Counted from the first letter of the stretch, positions 38,190 to 51,549 are shown. The stretch is DNA of 64,000 nucleotides from Octopus sinensis (GCF_006345805.1 NC_042997.1:136586001-136650000), one strand, 5' to 3'. The notes: a model not told the origin generated them from the letters alone. Numbers and translations are program-made.

Positions 38190-38930
38190 GAAACGCTTCT
38201 ATAGAAACGTTTCATTTCTTCTGTAAACATTGAGGAAGAAGTCTATGTGTCGTGAGAATGTGGCCTTAAACGCTTCGCTTATTGCTTTGATATAGCTTTT
38301 GTCGATTTGTCACAATTTCCAATTAATAGTCACAACTTTGATCCTTGAAATTGTATTACTTAAAGCTGTATGGCTATGGGTTTGTGGCTATAGCTTGATA
38401 TATAATTACTCATAGATTAGAAGGTATGTGTTTGATTTCATGCGCAGCTATAGCCAACTTTTATGTTGTTACTTTTGAATTGCTGTTCGTAACTTTGAGC
38501 AGTTTTATAATTAGTAAGGTTTTTTTTTGGTTTTTTTGTTTTTGTATAGGCTAATTAGCAGACTGAAGCAAGTAGCGCTTCATTTTCTGGTTTTGTTTGT
38601 ATAATTCGTTCGTGTAGCTTCGACTATGTATTTTAATTTTTCTTTGAACCCACTCCCTTTTGAGGTTTCATTGTAAAGTGATGCAGCTTTGCTGAATATT
38701 GCTTTGTTACATGATATTGTGGAGAGTGGAATGTTTCTTTATATATAACTATACTTCGGTTTTCTGTAAAGATAATGCTTTCATGTGGTTAGCTTCGGTG
38801 CTATCTCTAAGAGTAAGTCGATTTAAGTAATAATTTTGAAGTTGAATCATTCTAAGTATTTATAATGGGTTTCCTAAATAAGTATAATCTGTGTCCGTCT
38901 ATGCTTTTATTTCTGGGGAGAGGCTTTTAG
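38190..38930 (-). mobile_element. Penelope-like element remnant (RT C-terminus and GIY-YIG region)
   Basis: Frameshifted SGFKEKLKY, NIKVGYSC, IYQAIA and KSYIKAISEAFKATFSRH resemble the PLE V..SYSC / YIG..FK.R..H motifs. Confidence 0.58.
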
Positions 38931-39169
38931 GCCGTCGAATTGAATAAACCTCACCTGGTTTGGTTAAAGATGATGCTTACTTTGTTATATGTATATATTT
39001 ATGGTATACGTGTGGTGCGTATTCATGAATGCATTTGTGAATATATGTCGGGGAGGGGTGCATTTTTGCATGTATATGTTATGAAAATGTATATATGTAT
39101 GTATATAAATTTTATTCTTTCACTTGTTTCGGTCATTTGACTGCGGCCATGCTGGAGCACCGCCTTGAA

Positions 39170-39680
39170 CACCTATGCTGGAACACCTATGCTGAATTAT
39201 TGAGAAATTTGCAGTTACTCTATCCAGATTACAAGTTCAGGTTTATACCTGTAATTATTGGGGTCCTGGGATATGTAACACACTGCCTAAATACCAATCT
39301 TGAGAAATTAGGCTTCTCAAAACCAGAAAGGAGAAAGCTAATTCGAAGATTACAGATCCAATCTATCACTTGAACTGTAAAAGTCTTTAAAGCTTTTCCA
39401 GAAGTTTATCATTTAAACATATATGAGCATATCTAGATATGTAACTATATGCATGAGAATACATAAATAAAACATACAAATCTGCACATACATACATACA
39501 CATACATACATACATACATACATACATACATACATACATACATACATACACATACATACATACATACATACATACAAAAATACCCTGTTGTTGATGTTGA
39601 AATTCCAATGAAGGAACCTTGGATCTAGGTTACAAACCGGTTCTTTCTCTATTGGCAAGAAATTTGAAATAAACTGAAAG
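39170..39680 (+). mobile_element. 3' end of a different RLE-type LINE with a hairpin-bearing 3' UTR, fused to a SINE1 tail fragment (39115-39168)
   Basis: YAELLRNLQLLYPDYKFRFIPVIIGVLGY..LEKLGF; UTR hairpin CCAATGAAGGAACC..GGTTCTTTCTCTATTGG. Confidence 0.72.
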
Positions 39681-39689
39681 AGCTAAAGT

Positions 39690-40020
39690 CAGACACTTTC
39701 CTCTTTGGCCAAGGCCTCATCAACTTTTTCAAGCTCCACTTGAAAAGTGAGGGTAGAGAGGGAAGTATTGTCTCCTAGCAAATTTGTTGAAAGGTAGGTG
39801 AATATCGTAAAAATAGCCAATGTGGAGGGACCAATTCAGAGATTACACCTGTAAAAAGGGTATAAAAGGGAGAAAGGGCTCTCGCCCTGTTGACCAGGTA
39901 CCCGTAGCTTTTATAGGTTTTTCCACGAGTAACCTTCAAAGCGCCTCCCCCTATTGGGAGTTTTTACTTGTTATATTGTTATTTTTGTTATCAAATGTTT
40001 ACACGGACCTTTTTCCCAGA
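39690..40020 (+). mobile_element. Tx1/L1-type ORF2 extreme C-terminus and partial 3' UTR
   Basis: DTFLFGQGLINFFKLHLK..VEREVLSPSKFVER. Confidence 0.72.
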
Positions 40021-40241
40021 GACATGATCAAAGTTAGTCATAATGTGTCTAATCGAAAAGTTAGTTTCTTCCCTTTCAGAGTTATATTATTTTCGGAGTA
40101 TTTTTTCCATTATGCACCGTTTTGAATATTTATGGATAACCCGAACCCCACCTCCCCATATCTCAGGAATTCCTGGTCCGCTTTACGCGGAACTTGTTTT
40201 ATTCCGTTTGTATTCACATTTCAGGGGCACCTTAATTCATA

Positions 40242-40490
40242 GTGTAGTTGTATACTGTCAACGTAATATGACAGTCCCATGAAGAGAATCACACCTCTGC
40301 TATTTAGCCCAAGGAAGCATCAACGCTTCCTGTCGGCCTTGACACATTTCCTGTGTCCTTATGATTACAAGGGGGAGAAAAGCACCTCCACCCAGCTAAG
40401 CCTGCATTCAAACATAAGGACACAGGAAATAGCAGTGGTGTGATTCTCTTCATGAGACTGTCACATTAAGTTGACAGTATACAACTACTC
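40242..40490. mobile_element. ~250-bp MITE with ~64-bp TIRs and TA flanks
   Basis: GTGTAGTTGTATACTGTCAACGTAATATGACAGTCCCATGAAGAGAATCACACCTCTGCTATTT and its reverse complement (5 mismatches). Confidence 0.85.
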
Positions 40491-40692
40491 TATCGTACCA
40501 CTACTGTTTATATCTCTCTGAGATCTTTAGAAATGTAATATTTCTACTTAATTCATAGTATTTTCCCATTATGCGCCAGTTTGGCTGTATTAAACGACAG
40601 ACAAACAAGCAAGCAATCAGAGAGTTTTAGAAGTGTGTATGTATATATATATAATGTACTGTTCCGTGATGGTAAGATCAACACACATATAT

Positions 40693-40776
<84 letters not shown>

Positions 40777-40959
40777 GTTCTACTAGTTCACGTGACTCTG
40801 TTCCATCTTAGTATCCTATGCTATGTTCGTTTTCTTACAGTACCGAAAGTAAGCTATTGTGAAATAAGAGACTTTTCTATTGTACGTTATTATGCTTATT
40901 TACCGGTGGCTGACAGTGAGAATTTTTTTTTTTTTTTTAATCCAATGTTTTTGCTTTGA

Positions 40960-41520
40960 GGGCGTTTCTTATCGACAGTTAGAATTCGACAATATTTAAT
41001 TGTTTGAATTTGTATAACTTATTTTCTTTTAATTCCCTTGAACAAGTTGTTAACGAAAATGCAACTGCTCAATGTATTAAGCTTGCTGCTTGTTTAATTT
41101 TGGAAGCTGCTGTCGTCTGCGATGTCGTTTTCGTACAGCCTGGTATTTGCATATAGTTTGATTGATTATTCTGCTTTTGGAGTCCGATAGAATGTTAGTT
41201 TTATGGTCTTTCAGTGTAATGCTAAGCATTCTGTTCAATCATCTGTATGTAAACTTATTGCCGACAACTGTATTTCTCTGTTGAGTAAGTTGTATTGAAG
41301 TTTACGCTTTTTATGCTTTGGTTTTGCTGTTCAAGAAGAGATGTTGATCGTTTTATCCATATTTTTTTTGTTTTAACTGCGAATGTGAAGGTTATTTTTC
41401 GTATATCCGTAGTGATTTAGTGTTTTTGGGCAATTTATTTTGGAAGATGTTTCAATAATTATTACGTCTTACCTTCTTTATTCTATAAGATCTGCTTTGA
41501 AGCATATGTGTACAATCATG
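40960..41520 (-). mobile_element. Possible second Penelope-like remnant
   Basis: Only weak, frameshifted similarity to PLE C-terminal motifs. Confidence 0.3.
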
Positions 41521-42936
41521 CCTCTGTGTGTGCATGTGTGGGCATGAGTGCATAAGTGTGTGTGTGTGAGAGCGCACGTATGTACGAGATGTGGATTGTC
41601 TAAGCCCTTAGAATGTGTATATTTTTTGTTTGTTTGTGTTATTGTTGCTTTTTTTCAGTATTCAGAACATTTGTGAGTGTGTGTGTAACTATTTATTCAT
41701 AGTTTTAAAATTGTACATATCTATCATCAGCTATTTCTATTTCCTACAGCGCATGTGCAAAAACCGATAGTCATTTCCGCCCATCGATATTATTTCTGTG
41801 ATGCAAATTCGTTTTTATCGTTGTTCTAAGAATACCCTTGTGCAAGCTAGGCTTGCACAAGGGTATTCTCACAAGGGTATTTTCAAATATCAAAAAATTT
41901 CAATTCCATTTGTTTCTGTCATCAATATTTCTCTCTTCGATAAATTTAAGAGTTATTTCTCAAGATCCGTTTCCGTGTTGGCTTTCGTTGCATCTTTACC
42001 CACAGAAACATGCACTTAAACGCATGCGTACTTCAACAACAGCAACAATAAACAAAGCAACCTCACACAAACACTCAATCACGCACACACACACACACAC
42101 ACACAACGCATGTTGCATGTCAATGAGGGAGCCTCTGTATGGTCGCTCGATCTGTTAGAAATAGTCGTCACATCTTCAAACTTCATCATGTTGTCTTATG
42201 TATGTTTATATGTAAGTATGAAACAACTAACATGACCTCTACATGGTAGCAACTTCCCACTGAAATTGTAGCCAAATATCCCTCAAATCACAACCGACCG
42301 TCTTAAAAAACTTTCGCATGTTAATATAGTTCTTCTTGCAGAGAAGATAAGTGCAGGATGGCGGATCTAGCCAGCATTTCAAAAATTAAAGTTTATCGAA
42401 AATTTTAAAATTTGGCTCAATAATATACTTTTCCAAGCTGAATTGCCGGAGTTATTTCGCTTTTTCCAGAAAAATGTTTTTAAAAAGTTATAGAGGTTTG
42501 AAGTTTGATCATTTTCAACCAGTCAGTGAACAGGAATTGGAAGCCGTCATTTTATGCGTGACTGCATATTTTGTCGTCAACATCCTGAAAATAGCACGTG
42601 TTGTCAATATTTGTAAACAACACGTCTTTTGTAGTTTTAAGCATTCAATATGCATTTAATGCGATAGCACGAACTTAAAGATTTATCTTAAAACAAAATA
42701 ACGTTTTACAAATTAAATATTAAAAAAAAAACTTTAAAAACGAAAACTAAAAATGCATTCAATCAATTTCTCGAACAAATCATAATTTTCATATCCCCTG
42801 CGCTACATAAATTCACATGCTAAATTGTCATCAGATAGGTGAAACAAGTGATTTCAATGTATTTGTCAACACGTGCTTTCTCGCAGACAAAAGAGTTCTC
42901 ATGTTCTGCTTGTTACTATGGAAACAGGCATGAACG

Positions 42937-44150
42937 GAGTGAGTAGGGTATTGATCAATTTAGATCAATCGAAAACCTTTGATAGGATCGACCACCAGTA
43001 CTTGATGACAGTCCTCACGACACTCAGTTTCGGCCCTGCCTTCCAGGAATAAATCGCCGAAATGTATAGCGGTTTGGATAAATGGTCACCTTTCGAAACA
43101 TTCAGTATTATTCACTTAGTCCGTCAATGTTGTCCCTTCTCACCTCTTCTTTATGTACTGACACTTCCTCCTTTTCATATGATACTTTATAGCGAGGATA
43201 AGTAAAGAATCTGGAGTGAGTAGAGTATTGATCAATTTAGATCAATCGAAAACCTCTGATAGGATCGACCACCAGTACTTAATGACAGTCTTCACGACAC
43301 TCGGTTTCGGTCCTGTCTTCCATGAATAAATCGTCGAAATGTACAGCGGTTTGGATAAATGGTCACCTTTCGAAACATTCAGAATTATTCACTTAGTCCG
43401 TCAATGATGTCCCTTCTCACCTCTTCTTTATGTACTGACACTACTGCGGAAACTGGAAAAGTTGAGAGGCATCCCACACAAACTAGGATACAAAAAAACC
43501 GTGTCGGCATAAGCCGTCGACATCACTGCATTAATGTCGATATCAACACTGCTATAAAGAACTACAAAGCAGTGACAGGAGCAAAAACCAATCACAGAAA
43601 GTCAGTGAACCTGCAGCTCAACACCTGTAGAGGCAAATCCATACCGATCAATAGCGCCGTGGAGAACTGAACGAACAGACCAGTTAAATTGCTCGGGACT
43701 TGATATGGTGCAGATCTCCAGGTGGAGAAGAACTGGGATGAGGTGGCGAGTAGTGGCTAATCTCACTCAAAAATGAACCGAGAGAAAGCTAGTTTTGAAA
43801 GTTTAGACAGAGGTGGCGAACGTTCACATTGCTTATTACCTATTTCTTTATTGCCCACAAGGGGCTAAACATAGAAGGGACAAACAAGGACAGACATAGG
43901 TATTAAATCGATTACATCGACCCTAGTGAGTAACTGGTACTTAATTTATCGACCCCGAAAGGATGAAAGGCAAAGTCGACCTCGGCGGAATTTGAATTCA
44001 CAACATAACGACAGACGAAATACCGCTAAGCATTTCGCCCGGCGCGCTAACGTTTCTGCCAGCTCTACCGCCTGACCATTGTGTCTTGCTCTCCGGTTCA
44101 GCGCCTGTTCTTCCACTTTCTGCGGAGAGGGGCGTTCCACTGATCAGGCA
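42937..44150 (+). mobile_element. Tx1/L1-type RT fragment with an internal tandem duplication and a SINE insertion
   Basis: LINLDQSKTFDRIDHQYL..VRQ..P.SPLLYVLT twice (42937-43163, 43213-43441), then VSA*AVDIT, KNWDEV and LTQK*TERKL; resumes after the SINE at 44073. Confidence 0.85.
43836..44072 (-). mobile_element. SINE family 2a, full length, inserted in the Tx1 fragment
   Basis: Head GAGCTGGCAGAAACGTTAGC; tail CCCCTTGTGGGCAATAAAGAAATAGG. Confidence 0.92.
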
Positions 44151-45779
44151 CTTTATTTTCTTTCAACACCCACTGAGTGGCAATCTTGGCATACTGTGAT
44201 TAATGATACACAAACAAGCACTGAATCTGCAGCATCTCCAGTAATATCTTGACGGTGAACACGCGTGGTTTCCGTTTGTCAAACGGGTATTTCCACAACT
44301 CGTCAGAATTGTTACTATCATCATCATCGTTACCGATTAACCAAAAGATTGATTCATTTCTCATTAAAAGTGTGGATCCAAATATAACAAGTGAAGATCT
44401 TTAAATTAAGAAATTATCTTATGCTGAAACAAAAATACTTTCTATCAATCAAAATTTTTTGAAAATGTTCAGTTTTAGATATAGAGTTATTTCCCTTGAA
44501 CCTAACAGGCCTTTTATGCGTGAACATTCTGTTACTTTTATTGTATTTTGAAAGGCAAAATGTTTTTTACTTTTCATAACTAAACTAATATCATTAATAG
44601 TTTATCGGCAATCCACAACATTTTGATTAGTCCATTGGCTTTATGAATCATCGTTCATTTCAAAAATTAAGAAAACAATGTGGTATAGTTAATAACTAAC
44701 GTTTATAAAAACATTATTTATCAACATCGGTCTTTCATTAATGTCTGACAAAATGCTGTAAGGTATTTCTGCCATCCCTTTAAGTTCTCAGTTCAAATTC
44801 CGCCAAAGTCTGGCGGAGTGATTTATGATATTTAGTTAGTTTTTCTATGCTCTGAATTCGAATACAGATTGACCTTTCCTGACATCCTTCATGGGTTGAT
44901 AAAATAAGTATCAGTCAAGTACTTGCGCCCCAAAAATCAGTTCGAACAAAGTTTGTGTTAACTACACGGAGACGTTAACTCCAAGGGAAGTAACTCTTCC
45001 TAGTGTTATAGCGCAAAAATAGCTATCATACATATATATGTACGTGTGTGTATAATTATGTATGTATGTGGGTATGTATGTATGTTTTAAAAGTAGTTAA
45101 ATGTAAGGATCAAACTATATAAGAATGTTTGTTAGAAATGTATATCCGTCCATATATAGATGCATGTGGATATATTCTATTTTACTTGTATGTCTTAAAT
45201 CCTTTAAAATGTTTTAGCCCGAAGGCCGCGGCCATGCTGGGGCAGCACCGCTGTTTATTTTATTTTATTTTATTTAACTTTATCATATTGTATTATCTAT
45301 TTCTGTCTTTTGTTTTATAAACAGTAAGAATATAATAACCTGTTTGGATGAAAATCTGATTTTCACCAACAAACCACGTGCAGACATGAACAGAGGGGAA
45401 GGAAAAATGGGGAGAAAAAAAGGAAAAGGACAGAAAAACTTAAGGAAAAAAGAAAAAGGGAAAGGAAAAAATTTAAATCACTACATCCCACAGTGATCAC
45501 AGTAGGTACACCACCAATTGTACAAACAATATTCACACAAATCTGTAGGCAGATGCACACCACACACAAATTGAAAAGAAAGCACTCTATTTCGCATGAG
45601 AGTCACCGTAACATCTATTACAAAGACACTAATGATCACTGTCCCCCCCCCCGCCTCCACCATTTCAGCGCTTTTGATCTTGATCTGAACTATTCAACAG
45701 TTTATCTTCTTTATCTCGTTTTGCTCTATTCCTTCTGCCATTTTGTCAAAAAGCTGCACCTGGTTGCATAAGGATAGGA

Positions 45780-46400
45780 GTTTGAAACAGAATTTAATTC
45801 CATCATGATGATATGCAGGAGATGATATATATGTTTTGTTGTTCAGTGGCAACACTGAGAATAGTTTTTGAAAGGGGCTGTATGTGTGAAGTGATGTTCT
45901 AGTTGATGGTGCGTGTGTGTTACTAGAGTTTGGGATTTACAATGTTGGACAGGTGCCCTTAATAAGTCTATGGCATAAGGAAGGATGAGAGAAAGGGCAG
46001 TATTCCTTGTTGTTCGAGCTGCTGAAGCTGAATTTACAGATACCCTGAGAATGATAACAGCAAATTTTTTTAAATGGAGGAGGTTTTTCTACATTGGCAT
46101 GTGGAGTAGAGAGCTGAACATAGTAGTAGTAGACTGTTGAAGCAAATTCTGACCTGTCAGAATGGTAGTAGTCTGTTGTGGTAGTGACTCACAACTTACT
46201 ACTGTAGGGTTGGGTGGAACTAGGTCAGATGGTGAAACTAAAGCAGATGTTATTTGCTGCTGGGCTAACAGATCATTGAAGTGACCCCTGATGTTGCTAT
46301 TGGGTTAGCTGGTGCTCTAAATCCATTGACCAGTATAGCTTCTAGTTTGTCCACATGCATGTGTATGATGTAGAATGTTCTTGTTTTTTGTTCTCAATTC
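45780..46400 (-). mobile_element. Decayed LINE ORF1-like remnant with CCCH-type zinc fingers
   Basis: Minus ~46065-45930 reads KKICCYHSQGICKF..YCPFSHPSLCHRLIKGTC. Confidence 0.4.
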
Positions 46401-46829
46401 GCTTTTCAGTTCTATAAAAGGACTACAAAGCTAATTTTTCAGTGATTTAGCAGTAAATGCTAGATGTTTTACCATTGTTATGATGAGTGTACCATTTGTA
46501 AATTAGAGCACCAATTTCATTTTCTGCCCAGTGACATTTTAGAATGTTATTGGCCACGTTTAGTAGAGGAGTGTTATATACTGTACGTTATTAAATGACT
46601 TAATGTATAATTATGTATGTGTCATATCGATGTATGTGGAAATAAAAATGCATGGGTATATGAGTGTGTGGATTCAATGTAGTTAATGCAAGTTTGGAGA
46701 AATTAACTGTGTATTTGATACAAATCAAAAGAAATTAACAGCATACTCACAAGTCTAGTTTTAAAATCAAGATTTCTTTGAGTTTATAAACTTATATAAA
46801 TTTCCACAGAGTGATTTGTATCTTCCTAG

Positions 46830-47612
46830 GGATGAGGGAGGGGAGGCAAATCTCCCGGTCACAGAGGAGACGCACCCTCCTCAGGTGAGAAGAAAAGAAA
46901 AGAGGAAGAGGAAGAGAAACAGGACATTGCCGCAGTCAGTGACATAGTACCGGAATGTCCCGGAACCTCGTCAGTGGGGGTTGTGCCACTAGCAGGGGAA
47001 GAGATACTGACGGTGGGAATTCTGCCGCCGACAGTAGAAATGACTACCTCGTCCCAGGAGGAAGATGAATTATTGGTCTTCTACAGAGGTGGTGTTGGAA
47101 AAGCACCATAAGGGAGTACCTTTAGCCTGCACACAGGATCCCGAATGGCCTCTGCAGATAGCAGTGGAGGTCATAATGTTGCCCGTGTTGCGTACGCTGC
47201 AGGTACTCAACGAGGAATATTGCTTGTGGCCGGGCGATGCCGACACAGTACCCGCCTTGTGCTTGAATGAGGCGTGGGTGATAGCAGAGGATGGGGTCCC
47301 AAGCGATGTTGGAGAGGAATATGGAAAAGAGGTTGAAAAGCCTCATTGTTATTGGAAGTTCCTAGTTTGGGAAAAAAGGTAAGAGGCTTAGTGCCTCATT
47401 CTTTTATTGAATTGTGAACAATGTAAGAGGTTTGTTGCCTCATGAATAATATAAGAGATCAATAGTCTTGGGAAAAAAACGATTGGCAGGCATCACTTTT
47501 TCCCCCAATTAATCATTTTCCTTTTTCATTTCATGTAACATTATGTCTGTGTCCAGCCCGCAGCTTCCTATCTCTATGTAAAGCCTTTATGGCAACTATA
47601 ATGAAATAAAGA
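46830..47612 (+). mobile_element. ORF1-like C-terminus plus 3' UTR of a non-LTR element, no ORF2 seen
   Basis: GC-richer frameshifted coding (EKKRKEEEEE.., ORF 47065-47382), then a UTR ending CTCTATGTAAAGCCTTTATGGCAA..AATAAAGAAG. Confidence 0.45.
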
Positions 47613-47935
47613 AGCTTGCTTCCCAACTACATGGTTCCAGGCTCAGTCCTACTGCATGGCACCTTGGGCAAGTGTCTGCTACTATAGCCTCAGACCAACC
47701 AAAGCCTTGTGAGTGGATTTGGTAGACAGAAACTGAAAGAAGCCCTCACATATATATACATATCTATGTGTGTGTCTGTCCCCCCCATCATCACTTGACA
47801 ACCGATGTTGGTGTGTTTACATACTCGTAACTTAGTGGTTCAGCAAGAGACCAACAGAATAATCAGGCTTAAAAAATTCATTCAACTAAAAATTCAAGGC
47901 AGTGCCCCACCATGACTGAAACAAGTAAATGATAA
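47612..47935 (+). mobile_element. SINE family 1, 5'-clipped
   Basis: GGTTCCAGGCTCAGTCC..CACCTTGGGCAAGTGTC..GTGGATTTGGTAGAC..TGACTGAAACAAGTAAA. Confidence 0.88.
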
Positions 47936-47984
47936 ATATATATACACACACACACACTCTCTCTCTCTCTCTCTCTCTCTCTGT

Positions 47985-48330
47985 AGAGTGGTTGGTGTTA
48001 CAAAGGGCATCCAACTGTAGAAACCAAGCAAAAACAGACTGGAGCCTGGTGCAGCTCCTGTCAAACCATTTTCCTCATGCTAGCATGGAAAATGGATGCT
48101 AAATAATGATGATTTTATAAAGCACCATTCAAGCGAGGTTGATGTCAGTGCTGCCTGACTGGTTCCCATGCTGGTGGCACATAAAAAGCACCATTCAAGC
48201 GTGGTTGATGCCAGTGTCACCTGACTAGCCCTTGAACCAGTGGCCACAGGAAGGGCATCCTGCTAAAAAAGAAAAAACACCTCAGTAAACCTGTCCAACC
48301 CATGCCAACACTAAAAAGTGGACATAAAAT
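47985..48330 (+). mobile_element. SINE-like family 3 fragments
   Basis: GGGCATCCA.CTGTAGAAAC..CATGCTAGCATGGAAAA..ATGATGAT and GGTGGCAC.TAAAAAGCACC units. Confidence 0.75.
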
Positions 48331-49415
48331 CATAACATAGAATATAGAACACTGAAAAGAATTAAATTTGAAATAACAATCCTTGCAATTCAGCTTTCCT
48401 TTAATCAGAAAGAATTTAGTTTCTTTCTAAGTGGACAAAAAACCCAGCTTTTATAAGAGGGGTAATGAATATTCATGACTTTCCAAAGTGTATCATAATA
48501 AAGGAGGATTGAAATTGCTTCATCTGAAAAGAAAACCAAATTATAAATTCTGTTTATACACAGTTTATCTCTTGCTGTAGCTGTTGACACCTACTATAAA
48601 AAGTGGTTCGTTTTTCAGATGAAATAAGAGACGAAAAGAATATTAAATTACATTAAAAACAAAACTTGAGTCTGAAACCTGGAAAATGGAAAGCAAATCA
48701 TGGAAATTTATGACTTTAATGCAATTTACAAAAGAATTAGTGCAATAGAAGTGGAGTTTATACTAATTAAAATTCTTTTATTATATAATATTTTTACTTC
48801 ACACACAAACACACATGCAAACACACACACATACACACACACAAAAATCCATTCTGTATAAATGCACAACCATTTGTTTAACAACCATAATTTATGTTAA
48901 TATACAGAGTTGAAAAATGAAAATTTATATTTTACATCCTTGGTAAAACTAAGCCAGCACAGAGTTTCTGCAGTTGCCAGGAAATATGTTTAACTTTTGT
49001 TAAAAGTAAAATTATAATCCTTCTGATTCTATACCACTGCAAACTCACTGCATTTATGCAGTTTCCGGAAGCTGGGACACGGTCTCAAATCCTGAAGTTT
49101 GCAACTAGCCCTGTCAAGAGGATCCAAATATTTGAGAGACAAGTGCACTAAGACCTCTTGTCAGTTGATCCATCAGAGCCGCAGTAAACTATAGATATTA
49201 GCCCAGTGGATTTATCTTCGAAACCCAAATACCTGATGATTTTTATTGTTCATAAATTCATACAAAAAGAGAAAACAAAGTAAAGTCAGTCTTCAGCTAA
49301 AATGTGTCACAGGGAATGTGTTAACTTTGTCCAGTTCAAAGAATTACACACACAAAATAGTGCTCAGGAATTATCATCATCAGCTGTACAGCAAAAGACT
49401 ATACACACACAACCT

Positions 49416-49486
<71 letters not shown>

Positions 49487-50949
49487 GTGTGAATGGTACA
49501 AATGCTAATGTGAAACTATTTCAAACAAAGTAATCACAAAGAAAAAAATTGAAAGAGTCTGCAGAAAAAATAGTGAAACAGTCTTGGTGAAACAATTTGG
49601 TCATACTAGAATGTCTTCTTTAAACACCAACTAAAAGAAAATCTATTTCAAGTGTTCCCTTTATTGTTTGGTTCTGTTTATGTTGGTCTTCTTATTTGTG
49701 GAAAGATGTTTCTTTTCTTCTCATAATTTCCTTGATATTTATATTCTTAAAGTCCTGCTTAAGAAATTGTTCTGTTGTTCCAAAGATGAAATCCAAAACG
49801 AAACTTATTTCTCAAATGCAAGTGTGTATATAAATTTTATATATATATATGAAAAATAATGTGAAAGGATTATTTATATATATATATATATATAAGGATG
49901 GATTAGTAAATATATAGAGTGGACTTTCAAAACACAGAGTAACAATTTTCATAATACATAAAACATGACTTTGTATTCCATTATTTGTTGGTGGTGATAA
50001 TTTTTTGCAGCAGTTATTGTGCTCTTTCATTTCTATAACATATAGATGGGTTATATTTTTCTTTTTTTTTTTTTCAAACTAGGCTCTATGCCAATTTTTT
50101 TATAGCAGAGAGAGTATAGTTGATTGAATCAATATTAGTGTATTATGGTTATTTTTTTAAAACAATCTGAGAGGTAAATGTGATGCTGGTGTCATGAAAC
50201 TAAATATTGCAAAGCATTTAATCCATGCCCTTCTACGCTAGCCAACCATCATCAGACAACTTAACAAGGATAACAAAGTACAGAATTTAAAAGATGTTAA
50301 CATTTGTTGACAGAAATTTGGTCAAAAATACAGCTGTTTCTCCTTGATGTATGTGTATATCATACAAATGGTTCAAATAAATGATTTAAGTGTATTAAAT
50401 AATAGATGTTAAATCTTGAAATGGCACTGGTCAATCATTCAACTGCCTTAGGATATTATTTATCTGTTCACATGTTTCTTTAACACGAGATGACTTCTGA
50501 GAAAGACTTTGGTAATTCAGCTCCATCATTTTCACCAAGGCACATACCTGATAAAAAAAAATTAATAATTATTTTTCCTTACATATATTCGGTCAATGTT
50601 TATAGGGAAGAATATTTAGAAAACTTAATCGACCTAAAGATACTTATTTTATCAACCTTGACAGAAAGATAAAAGATGGAGTTGACTAAGGCAAGATTTA
50701 AACTCAGAACCTCATGTTGTCTACAGATTATTCCAGAGCAAAGGTAAACATTCTCCAATATTCGATACCTTGGTCTTGGCAGCAGAAGACTAGTTCCAAT
50801 GCTGCAATATCTCAGAGCATGATGCAAAGCGTGTGGTGATAAGAAGATGTTCCAGTCATAAACTCGTAAAAGTGTCTTCTACTGCAACGCCAGACTGACC
50901 GAAACCTTCTAAATGGACTTGTTAGATGAAAACTGAAAGAAGCCTGTCA

Positions 50950-50978
50950 TATATATATATAGACATATTTATTTATAC

Positions 50979-51025
<47 letters not shown>

Positions 51026-51365
51026 TAAATACACATACATAAACATATATATATACACATATATACACACATATATACAAACATATATACACACACACAC
51101 ATATATATATATACACACATATATACAAACATATATACACACATATATAGATATATATACACACATATATACACATATATTTATACACACACATATATAT
51201 ATACACACACACATATATATATATATACACACACATATATATATACACACACATATATATATACACACACATATATATATACACACACATATATATATAC
51301 ACACACATATATATATACACATACATATATACATACACATACATATATACATACTTACATACATA
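50950..51365. repeat. Long compound (TA)/(CA) microsatellite following a SINE1 head fragment
   Basis: Direct reading. Confidence 0.92.
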
Positions 51366-51549
51366 AATTACACATGTGCTGTTGGTAATTTCTTTTCCTT
51401 CTTCGGACATTTCCCTTTCTCCTTTCCAATGAAGAGCTATGCTTGAAACATCAAAAACTCTCTGAGCATCAAACTAATACATTTGGTTGTGCACTTCCTC
51501 TTGTTTGTGGTTGTTAATTTTATTGTTCTCGTATTTGAACTGAGTACAT

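Noticed and set aside
39603-39650. Hammerhead in the RLE-LINE 3' UTR (ATGAAGG..AAACC)
   Set aside because: It folds as a simple hairpin and lacks the CUGANGA core.
49049-49160. GC-richer minus-strand stretch ending at a gtgagt donor as another exon
   Set aside because: No acceptor with a convincing polypyrimidine tract in the open frame.
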